A stretch of 64,000 bases of DNA from Planctomycetota bacterium (lineage in GTDB: Bacteria; Planctomycetota; GCA-002687715; CAIWVZ01), in assembly GCA_044222185.1 (NCBI GenBank), contig JBGANV010000005.1, positions 352,001 through 416,000 on the forward strand. The letters are read 5' to 3'. How positions within the stretch are numbered: position 1 is the first letter of the stretch; every line of letters begins with the position of its first letter. The position numbers and the translations under genes are program-made. The notes beneath the pieces are model-generated. The model was not told the origin of the DNA, ran no database searches, and saw only the letters and a program-made list of their open reading frames with translations. Shown here one piece after another: positions 56,801 to 64,000 of the stretch.

Positions 56801-57624
56801 ACGGGCGTGCCGAGCACGTCTCCGGACCGGGTCAGCGCCGCGCTGGCGTCGTCCTCGTCGCGCGCCAGGCCGAAGTCCATCAGCACGGGCTCGCCGTCCG
56901 CGCGCACCATGATGTTGCCGGGCTTGATGTCGCGGTGGATGACGCCCGCTTCATGCGCCACGTGCGTGGCGCGGCAGACGGACTCCATCAACCGGAGCGT
57001 CGCGAGCACGCGGGCGCGCCCCGCCGCGCCGCGGCGGCTCGATGGCGTGACCGGAGTCGTGGGCGTTCGGGACGACGCCTCGCCGTCGTGGGTCGCACCT
57101 TCGGAGCCGGGGGTACGCTGGAGCTTGTCGCGTGAGATCCGCGACGCCAGCGACTGTCCCTCCACGTACTGCATGACGATGTAGGGCGTGCCGTTTTCGG
57201 TTCCGGCATCGTGGATGGTGCAGAGCGCCGGATGCTGCAGCCGCGATGCGACGAGCGCTTCCCGCTTGAAGCGCGACAGGAGCTCCGGCGACATCGGCCC
57301 GCGATTGCGAAGCACCTTCACGGCAACTCGTCGCCCGAGGTTCGGGTCCTCCGCGAGCCAGACCACGCCCTGGCCACCACGACCCAGTTCGCGAATCAAC
57401 CGGTAGGACCCGAACGTTCCGTCGGCGCTTCCGGGAAGGTCCGACGGGAACGGCTTTCCCCGCGCGAAGCTCGCGAACATGGAGTCTGCGTGCGCGAGCA
57501 GAGACTCCATCTTCGAGCGCAGCTCCGCGTCATTCCCGCAATGTTCGTCGAGGAACGCCCGGCGTGCGTCGCCGTCGAGCGTCAACGTCTGCCGGATCAG
57601 CGACTCGATCTGGGTCTCGTCCAT
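53806..57624 (-). CDS. Ser/Thr protein kinase with TM helix, WD40 repeats and C-terminal TPR
   Basis: LGRGGQGVVW, VAVK, HRDIKPGN, DFG and GTPVYMAPEQ; TM helix; WD40 blades (LEGHVAVVTRVAYS, LAGHAGSVRTL); LNSQAW/LNTRGVAEYR TPR. Confidence 0.93.
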   Translation of the reverse strand: MDETQIESLIRQTLTLDGDARRAFLDEHCGNDAELRSKMESLLAHADSMFASFARGKPFPSDLPGSADGTFGSYRLIRELGRGGQGVVWLAEDPNLGRRVAVKVLRNRGPMSPELLSRFKREALVASRLQHPALCTIHDAGTENGTPYIVMQYVEGQSLASRISRDKLQRTPGSEGATHDGEASSRTPTTPVTPSSRRGAAGRARVLATLRLMESVCRATHVAHEAGVIHRDIKPGNIMVRADGEPVLMDFGLARDEDDASAALTRSGDVLGTPVYMAPEQISRQHATVDRRADVWALGVTLFEAITLERPFASPTRQGLYRSILNDDPPDIRRLEPSAPADLRVVVETALEKNQDQRYQTALALAEDLRRVREHEPILARPITSLGRARRWAERNPWLAASLAGIILVLTVALIVTLDLLRAANASETAARSAEARSRRDAYRANYTAAFQAFASHDYRACRTHLDLAAPDLRRFEWRRLNWIADRSAKTLQAPHVVVRLAFTADDDSLVTLGVDHSVSRWDLATGARQDVVSPTNGGLRIDEISPDGRLGMTFDPPAAFDLQTGREIWQRPDVHHVVRGAFSTDGRTLTLLTDNGGRVVRVASDSGDDVASWPVSVNTVETPEITGDESSVILASAYGTFALDARTGSLRWRSPEASGRTFGGGFVLADPIERQTGLKLLGVQDGVPKWSSQPATSLSAGAHARSPSGRGLASGEASGAIALRDPSTGTVVAMLEGHVAVVTRVAYSHAGGWLVSAAQDRTVKLWPTALHEATPVVPPSGDVSLAGTFAPRSRLGVSVGWGSITLWDLVTGALRWSASPSPTWLHACAFSPDESMVAVAGDGRRVHVLGIDGREIAFANERLPATCTALAWLPDGTAILAGCGDGSVVVIRRAQAGGTTRLGTCSGAIRRMIVVGDGRLVAVAADAPDPAAAPVSRPSAEIVHGPLEIWDLASGDSVHVLAGHAGSVRTLTATPDGGHVASGGDDGRVFSWNVDTGAATATTSLPAGGVVASTYLPEESRVAFAGADGALYLWDMDDTAPLLLDRPPRALSVNAIAWVAGALVASTGNGLRFCEGAVPDADLVARERVRATRDLVEPLFGTRVLVERVTRALEDDASLPDDVRADAVARARARGDHPTQLNSQAWDLARNRTTDPDGVALALRAAEIVCKAWPEQAGFLNTRGVAEYRAGKFTDAIATLERCNQMQRTLIGAPHPLDLVVLAMAQFKAGKMDEARATLQLARERIREPEFATDGDIAAFLREAEALIPER

Positions 57625-58032
57625 TCTTTGCAGCGGGGTGCGCGGGCCCCATCCGCTGGTGGCGACCCGGTCGTCACGCCGAGCCGCCGCCACGGATCCC
57701 ACGCGGGGGGCACTCTACATGACGAGGCGCGGGGGACGACGCACCCGCCCACGCGTCGAGCGGCCTCCGTCGCGCGGTCGAATCGGCGCGCCCCAAGGAA
57801 ATTCCTCCGGGTCGAGCGGGTTGGCGGCGCCAGCACCGAACCCCCGCTCGCCGGCGTCCGACGAAGGGGTGACGCACCCGACCGATGGCGACCGCCGATC
57901 CCCGGGGCGACTCCGGCGAATTCCGCCTGACGGAGTCCCAGCTCCGCGCCATCGGCGCGAACGCGACGGGGGCTCGCCTCGCCGGCCCGAATGAGGCTTG
58001 CTTCGTCGAGCGCCGTTCCGTGAAATGCTCCG

Positions 58033-60696
58033 GTGCTTCGGAGGACATTCATCAGTGGGCTGGTCCTGGCGGGGGCCATCGTCCTGGCGGCGATCGTGGC
58101 GTGGGGCCTCGCGTCCGCCGGCACCAGGGACGAGATCACGGCGCGCCCCGGCGAAGCGACTCCCGCGGCGCCCGACGATCGGGCTGCCGAATCGCGCCGC
58201 GCGCCGACCCCCGCGGCACCGGTACGTGCGCGCCCGTTCACGGAACCGATCGATCCGGATCTGGGCGACGCGCCGCTCCAACGACCGCCGAACGAGGGCG
58301 TTCGCATCGTCGTGACGGACGGTCCCGGCGGCCCGCCCGTCGCGCACGCCGACGTGCACTGCGGGTCCTATCTCGGCGCGGAGTCGGACTTCCGGTTCGG
58401 GACGACGGTCCTGCAACTCGGCAACTCCGAGGACGCGGCGCTCGACGGATTTCCACCGGCGGTCGCGGCGGAGCGGCGACTGCGGGAACGCGGATGGCAC
58501 ACGCGCACGGGGCCGGACGGTGTGGCGATCGTCCCTCGCGCGTCGCTGGCGCGCTCCGTCCTCGCCCGCACGGGGTCCAAGTCCGCGCTCATGCGTCTCG
58601 ACGTGCGCGAGGACTCGCTCACCGTCGCGCTGCAACCCGACCTTCCCTGCGACGTGCGCGTGGTTCAGGCGGATGGCGCGCCGGCACCGGGGATCGACGT
58701 CGTGATGGGCATCGTGCGCGGCGGCACGACGTCCTTCGACGAGCGACCCACCAGAAGCGGTCCCGATGGCGTGGCGAAGCTCGGGAACCTGCGCTTGCTG
58801 CCATTCATCGGTCCAGGCATGGCGATCGCCTGCGAAGCCCGCGGCGTCATCGCGCCGGACTGCCGCCTCGTCGTCCCTTTCGAGTCGATCGAGGCCGAGC
58901 GCCGCCGGCCCCTCGGCGATCTTCGACTTCCGGCGATGGGTAGGCTCCTCGTCTCCATCGTCGACCGCCGCGGGCAACCGATCCAGGGACGGGCGACGGT
59001 GCGCGTATCGCTCGACGCTCGTCAGCGGGTCCCCCCACGTGCGATGCGCACACCGGTCACGCGCGCCCAGGAGTTCGACGCCGTGGAACCGATCCTGATC
59101 CCAAGGATCGCCCTGGGGGAACCCGTGATGGTCGAAGGCCGACGGGCCGGACTCCCCTCCCTCCGGAAGACCGTGACCGTCACGGACCCGGACGAGCCAT
59201 TGGTCGTCGCACTCCGCCTCCCGTTCAACGTCGTCCCCGTCGTCGGACGCCTCGTGGATGACGCGAGCCGACCGCTCGGTCCGGAGTGGCGAGTCGACGC
59301 AACGGTCGTGACCGAGAGCGGCGCGTCCGCGACGGCGAGCGCGCGAATGCTCGATGACGGAGCCTTCACCTTCCCGCACCAGCTGAAGCGCGACGATCCT
59401 CCGCGGCGAGTGCAATTCGTGGTGCACCGCTTCCTGAACCCACTGTCGTTCGAAGGCGAAGGTTCGTTCACGGCACCGATCCCGGAGGACGCTGCCAAGA
59501 TCGACCTGGGGACGATCGTCCTCGCACAGATCCCCGTCGTCGCGGCCGGTCTCGTGGTCGACGAAGACGGTGAGCCGGTCGAGGGTGCGAGCGTCGACGT
59601 GGTGCGCCCCGATCGCGCGGAACTCACGAACGAGGACGGTTCCGAATGGACCGTCGACGCGGAGCTTGGCTCACCTACGGGATACGACGGCCGATTCGTC
59701 CTCCGCGGCCGCATGAAGGTGCCGACGCTGCGCCTGCGCGCGTCCGTCGACGGGTTCACGTTCGAGCCCGTCGAGGTCGCAAACGGAGCGAAGGACGTCC
59801 GGCTCACCGTCTCACGCGGCGTCGTGCTCTCAGGGCGACTGGCGCCGCCGAGCGGATTCCGGCCGACCGAGTTCACGCTGGTTGCGCGCGTCACGCCCAC
59901 GCGAGCCGAGCGCGCCGTCGACTCGACGCGGTTCGCCACGATCCTGCCCGACGGTCGTTTCCGGTTTCCGCCGTTGCCTGTGGGCGAAGCGACGGTCTAC
60001 CTGCGACACGAGAACGCGGCCACGATCGCGCTCAGGGTCGTGGACGGCGTCGTCCTGCCCAAGGCTGGATCCGTCATCGACTCACGGCTCGACCCGCTGC
60101 TCGTGCCCGCCGGATTCAACGCATTCACGCTGAATGCGGCCAGCGCCGACGGAAGGCCGCTTTCCGAAGTGCTCGTCGTCGCCCATTCGCGCGAGGCCGA
60201 GCGCGTGCCGCGGGGCGTCCTCGACGAGCACGCGCCCATCGATCCCGCCGTGCGGCTCGTGCGCGCTCTGCATTTCATCTTCCCGGACTCCACGCCTCGA
60301 TCGTTCACGGTCTCGGCCGTGGGATTCAGGACCCAGACCATCACGGACGTGGTCACGGATCGCACCGTGATCGTGGAACGCGGCATGCCCGTCGCGATCA
60401 CGGTGGAGAACCTTCCGCCGATGAAGGCCGGATTCGCGGCCGGGGTGACGCTCGAGCTCGAAGGGCAGTCCGTTTCCACGTCTGCGCCGTGTGACGGCAA
60501 GGGCGTGGCGTTGCCCGCGGTGACGGTCCCGGGCACCTATCGCGTTTCGCTGACGCTCGCCCCGCCGCGGTCGAGCCTGTTCATGGTGCCCGAGCCCGTT
60601 CCGCTCGGCAGCGTGACGGTCGGCACCGTGCCGCCTGCGCCGGCGACGTTCCGACTGACGGACGAGCAGGTGAAGGAGATCCTCAGCTCGATGTAG
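58033..60696 (+). CDS. Membrane-anchored carboxypeptidase-regulatory-like domain protein
   Basis: N-terminal TM helix; repeated beta-sandwich motifs (GLVVDEDGEPVEGASV, TGYDGRFVL, PDGRFRFPPLPVG). Confidence 0.8.
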   Translation: MLRRTFISGLVLAGAIVLAAIVAWGLASAGTRDEITARPGEATPAAPDDRAAESRRAPTPAAPVRARPFTEPIDPDLGDAPLQRPPNEGVRIVVTDGPGGPPVAHADVHCGSYLGAESDFRFGTTVLQLGNSEDAALDGFPPAVAAERRLRERGWHTRTGPDGVAIVPRASLARSVLARTGSKSALMRLDVREDSLTVALQPDLPCDVRVVQADGAPAPGIDVVMGIVRGGTTSFDERPTRSGPDGVAKLGNLRLLPFIGPGMAIACEARGVIAPDCRLVVPFESIEAERRRPLGDLRLPAMGRLLVSIVDRRGQPIQGRATVRVSLDARQRVPPRAMRTPVTRAQEFDAVEPILIPRIALGEPVMVEGRRAGLPSLRKTVTVTDPDEPLVVALRLPFNVVPVVGRLVDDASRPLGPEWRVDATVVTESGASATASARMLDDGAFTFPHQLKRDDPPRRVQFVVHRFLNPLSFEGEGSFTAPIPEDAAKIDLGTIVLAQIPVVAAGLVVDEDGEPVEGASVDVVRPDRAELTNEDGSEWTVDAELGSPTGYDGRFVLRGRMKVPTLRLRASVDGFTFEPVEVANGAKDVRLTVSRGVVLSGRLAPPSGFRPTEFTLVARVTPTRAERAVDSTRFATILPDGRFRFPPLPVGEATVYLRHENAATIALRVVDGVVLPKAGSVIDSRLDPLLVPAGFNAFTLNAASADGRPLSEVLVVAHSREAERVPRGVLDEHAPIDPAVRLVRALHFIFPDSTPRSFTVSAVGFRTQTITDVVTDRTVIVERGMPVAITVENLPPMKAGFAAGVTLELEGQSVSTSAPCDGKGVALPAVTVPGTYRVSLTLAPPRSSLFMVPEPVPLGSVTVGTVPPAPATFRLTDEQVKEILSSM

Positions 60697-60754
60697 GCGA
60701 CCGTGGTCGCATCGACCTCCGCAAGCATTCGCCGCCGCCGGATGAAATGCCCCC

Positions 60755-61701
60755 GTGGGAATCAGGTCGACTCGGGCATGGATGGGCATCGGAGCCATCG
60801 TCGCGGCGATCGCCGTCTTGGCGTGGCTGGCGTGGCTGGCGTGGCTGGCGTGGTTGGCGTGGCCGGGCGGCGATGCACCGGCCGCCCAAGAGACCTATGG
60901 CCCGAAAGCGCCCGCAGAGCGCCTGATCCTCTCCGCAAGTTGCATCTCCTACGACGAGCCGCGCGAGGCCGACATCCCGTTCAAGCCGCTGGCGGATGTC
61001 GCGCCGCCCGGGTCGTTGGACCTGGGGACGATCGTCATCCACGAGTCGCGGGTGGTGGCGGCCGGCCAGGTCGTCGACCAGGACGGCAAGCCAGTCGGGG
61101 GCGTGCAGGTCGAGGTCGCGACCCAGGCCGCCATTCCGTCGGCCGAACCCTCTGAGTTCTCGCCAGTTCCACCGCCTGAGCTTCGAGCCTCGACGAACTA
61201 CGATGGGACCTTCGTGATCCACGGTCACGCGACGACTCCGACGATCACGCTGCGCGCTTCCCGGCTCGGCCTTCCCGACCAGCGCCCGATCGCCGTCGAC
61301 GTCGGTTCACGAGCCGTCCGCGAAGGGGTCACCTCCGACCTGACGGTGGTGCTGAAACACAGCCTGACCGTCACCGTTCGGATCACGAATCTCCCGAGCC
61401 TTCGCGAGACCGTTCAGGCGTACCTTCGTCTCTCGCCGTCACACGCCGAGCCGGCGCTGAACGCTCTGGCACCGAAGAACGGTGGGGGGAGCTGGGGCGC
61501 GTCGACTCGCCGGGAGAATCCACGTGGCTGGTCGACCGCCCGGGCATCCATGTCGTCGAGCTCACGCTCAACCGTGGATCGCTGACGTCCATCGAACGCG
61601 GCACGATCGACGTCACCGAACCCGACGGCGCGACGGCCGAGTTCCGCCTCACCGACGCTCAGCGCGCGCTACTGGTCGGGCCCACGCCGGCGCGTCGATA
61701 G
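60755..61701 (+). pseudogene. Shorter paralogue of the preceding gene, frameshifted at or near a G6 tract (61484-61489)
   Basis: Shares DLGTIV...VVAAG.VVD.DG.PV.G..V and YDG.FV with 58033..60696. The -1 frame after ~61489 reads ELGRVDSPG...PGIHVVELTL...AEFRLTDAQR to TAG 61701, matching the paralogue C-terminus (PGTYRVSLTL...ATFRLTDEQV). Confidence 0.7.
60818..60862 (+). repeat. 9-bp tandem repeat (YTGGCGTGG)x5 encoding (LAW)5 in a TM anchor
   Basis: ttggcgtgg ctggcgtgg ctggcgtgg ctggcgtgg ttggcgtgg, read directly from the sequence. Confidence 0.9.
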
Positions 61702-61710
61702 CATGGCACG

Positions 61711-63861
61711 ATGACCGGCTTTCAGATTGCGATGGTCGTGATCGGCGTCGCCGTCCTCGCGTGGCTCTACGAGCGATGGCGCGCGGGGCGCGGGCAGGAT
61801 CCGACGCGCGCTCCCATCTCCGGCGGCGAGTACCTCACGCCACCGAGTCCGTGGGTGAAGCCGGGTGCGAGCGTGACCGTCGCCGGTTTCGTGATCCCGG
61901 ACGGCATGATCTACGTGGGCTCGCGGCTCTCCCGCGTCGCCGGTGGCGACAAGCCGGACCCGGCGTTGATCGACCCGGCGCTGCCCGTCGATCGGAAGCA
62001 CCCGGACCGCCAGGGCGACGACCTCTCGCCGTCGCCGAGCTACGCCGCGCTCTCGCCCGCGGGACGCGCCGCCTTCCTCGAATGGCTCGCGGGTGGCCGC
62101 GCGGCGCCCGAGATGCCGGCCGGCTACGTCCAGCTCGCGTTCTTCGCCATCGAGCGCCGCGTGCTTCACGAGACCGCGGACGTCCGTGCCAGCGGCGAAT
62201 GGCCCGCGCTGCGTCGCGAGGTCGAACGTCTCGAAGCGCTCTACGGCGGGCACCGCGCATTCGCCCGTCGCTGCCGTGAGTTCCTCGACGTCGCCGTGCC
62301 GCTGCTGCAGGCTGCGGCGCTCGAGGACCTGCGCCCCGAGGCCCTCGGCGACGGCGTCTCGCCCACGACCCGTCTCGCGGTGCTCGGGCGCTTCGCCGCC
62401 AGCGGTCGCCCGCTTCCTCCATCCTGGGCGTTCGACTGGCTCACGCACCAGGAGGATGCGCCGCTCTCGAAGACCGCGGAGCGATGTCTGCCGGAGCTGC
62501 GCACGCTCTTCGGGCTGCGCTACGCGGCGACGTTCGGCGACGGGTTGCGAGTCGCCCCGTCGACGACTCCGCTCGCCGTGCAGTATCGGCCTGCGAGTCG
62601 CACGTTCGGCGGCGAGATCGAGATCGGGCTCGGCGTTCCCGACTCGACGGCATCCGCCGTGGCCCTCCGTCCGCTGCGCGCGCTCTTCGAGTCCTGCCTG
62701 ACCGATCTCGAAGCGCTCGGCCGATGGCTCGGACGGAACCCCGACGGACGCCAGTCGCCACAAGCCATCGCCCTCCTCCCGGCCGAGTTGCTCACTCGCG
62801 AGACGCCCGCCGCGCTCCGCCCCCTGCTCGATCTGGCGACGCGCATCACGGCGGGCGACGTCGTCGGGACGATCGCAGGTCGCATGGTCCTCGACGTCTG
62901 GCCGGGCGCCGCCGACGGCAAACTCTCGAAGGCCGAAGCCGTGACGCTCGCGCGCGTCCTCGAATCGCACGGATTCGGCGTCGTGCCCGACGTGCGCTTC
63001 GGACAGCCGCCGCTGAACGCGGGGATGACGGCGGCGATGTTCAAGCTTCCGCCGAATGCCCCTTCCGCGCCCACGGCCGACTTCGCCGCGGCGTCGCTCC
63101 TCGTGGAGATGGCGGCCGCAGTCGGCGCCGCCGACGGCACCGTCTCTCCGGCCGAACTCCGCCACGTGGAGGGTCATCTCGCGCTCGGGCTCAAGCTGTC
63201 ACGCGGCGAGCAACCGCGCCTGTTGGCGCAGCTCCAATGGCTCGCGGCGGATCCGCCCAAGCTCTCGACCATCCGCCGGCGGGCGTCGCAGATCGATGCG
63301 AGCCGCCGGACGGACGTGGCCCGCTTCCTCTTGGACGTGGCCGCCAGCGACGGACAGCTCGAGCGCAACGAGATCGCGCTCCTCGAACACGCCTATGCCG
63401 CGCTCGGCCTTCCCGCGGAGGCGCTCCACCGCGACCTCCACGCCCGCACGCTCGGCACCGAGACGAAGGCGCCCACGGCCGGCGGACTCACGCTCGACAC
63501 GGACGTGATCGCCGCGAAGATCCGCGAGAGCGCCGCCGCGTCGGCGATCCTCGGGCAGATCTTCGCCGAAGCGGAGGCGGCGCCGCCCGCGCCGCCACCC
63601 GCGCCCGCGACGACGACGATCCCCGGCCTGGACGGGCGCCACGCCACGCTGTTCACGCAGCTCGCGGCCAGGACGTCGTGGCCCCGTGCGGAGGTCGACG
63701 CACTTTGTCGCGCGCTCGGCTTGATGCCGGACGGCGCCATCGAGATCCTCAACGACGCCGCGATCGAGCGCTCGGGTCAGCCGTTGTGTGACGGCGAGGA
63801 TCCGATCGTCGTCGACGCCGCCGTAGCCCGGGAGATGCAGTCGTGCCCGACCCAGTCGTGA
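61711..63861 (+). CDS. TerB-N / TerB / TerB-C domain protein (Shango SngA-like)
   Basis: N-terminal TM helix; WV.PG..V.VAG..IPDGMIYVG, PALIDP.LPV and PSYA.LSP..R.AFLEWLAGGR (TerB-N); AADGTVSPAE and ASDGQLERNE (TerB); GLMPDGAIE.LND (TerB-C). Confidence 0.88.
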   Translation: MTGFQIAMVVIGVAVLAWLYERWRAGRGQDPTRAPISGGEYLTPPSPWVKPGASVTVAGFVIPDGMIYVGSRLSRVAGGDKPDPALIDPALPVDRKHPDRQGDDLSPSPSYAALSPAGRAAFLEWLAGGRAAPEMPAGYVQLAFFAIERRVLHETADVRASGEWPALRREVERLEALYGGHRAFARRCREFLDVAVPLLQAAALEDLRPEALGDGVSPTTRLAVLGRFAASGRPLPPSWAFDWLTHQEDAPLSKTAERCLPELRTLFGLRYAATFGDGLRVAPSTTPLAVQYRPASRTFGGEIEIGLGVPDSTASAVALRPLRALFESCLTDLEALGRWLGRNPDGRQSPQAIALLPAELLTRETPAALRPLLDLATRITAGDVVGTIAGRMVLDVWPGAADGKLSKAEAVTLARVLESHGFGVVPDVRFGQPPLNAGMTAAMFKLPPNAPSAPTADFAAASLLVEMAAAVGAADGTVSPAELRHVEGHLALGLKLSRGEQPRLLAQLQWLAADPPKLSTIRRRASQIDASRRTDVARFLLDVAASDGQLERNEIALLEHAYAALGLPAEALHRDLHARTLGTETKAPTAGGLTLDTDVIAAKIRESAAASAILGQIFAEAEAAPPAPPPAPATTTIPGLDGRHATLFTQLAARTSWPRAEVDALCRALGLMPDGAIEILNDAAIERSGQPLCDGEDPIVVDAAVAREMQSCPTQS

Positions 63862-64000
63862 TCCGGCCGAAGGACCGCGATGCCGTCATCCAGTCGCTTC
63901 GCGCCGGCGTCGTTCCCCGCGCGGGTCAGCACCTGATCCAGGTGGGACGCGTCGCCGAGATCCAGGAGATGGTGCGCGACATCGACCGCCTCGCCGACGG
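63843..64000 (+). CDS. DUF2791/BrxD-like P-loop ATPase, N-terminus only (Shango SngB-like); runs off the window
   Basis: GTG 63843 after GGGAG (alternative GTG 63858 overlapping the upstream TGA) gives (M)PDPVVIRPKDRDAVIQSLRAGVVPRAGQHLIQVGRVAEIQEMVRDIDRLAD, the characteristic N-terminus of ATPases encoded after TerB-N genes. Confidence 0.8.
   Translation, partial: MPDPVVIRPKDRDAVIQSLRAGVVPRAGQHLIQVGRVAEIQEMVRDIDRLAD

Noticed and set aside
63843-64000. BREX system (BrxD-like ATPase)
   Set aside because: The upstream gene is TerB-N/TerB/TerB-C rather than pglX, pglZ or brxC, so the context fits Shango.

Overview
Very GC-rich bacterial DNA whose gene content resembles uncultured Planctomycetota (inferred from the ECF sigma/Ser-Thr kinase pair, redoxin-cytochrome c-copper monooxygenase fusion, carboxypeptidase-regulatory-like proteins and many large signal-peptide proteins). 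There are about 32 genes, mostly secreted or cell-envelope proteins: three tandem Kelch paralogues, a His-tethered tandem beta-carbonic anhydrase, an FG-GAP protein, an S8 protease, a ~2,940-aa Gly-rich repeat adhesin, P-domain and GEVED proteins, and a secreted LanC-like protein. Housekeeping-type genes are comB-like, msrB and dusB. A Shango-type (TerB + DUF2791 ATPase) defence locus begins at the right edge. Two observations stand out. (1) A translationally coupled TPR-ExbB-ExbD operon ends in a gene that fuses a TolB-like propeller, a TonB/TolA-type SxxxH transmembrane helix, a ~500-aa repetitive linker and an (alpha/alpha)6 barrel, suggesting a non-canonical proton-driven envelope machine. 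(2) A ~110-130-aa module (D..G...IPNDP.L.G....Q...SN) recurs at the ends of many unrelated secreted proteins and may be a lineage-specific sorting or anchoring domain. Several indels, including mutually compensating ones in a tandem repeat, suggest long-read or assembly errors. No rRNA, tRNA, CRISPR array or IS element was recognised. All annotation is by eye; no database searches were run.
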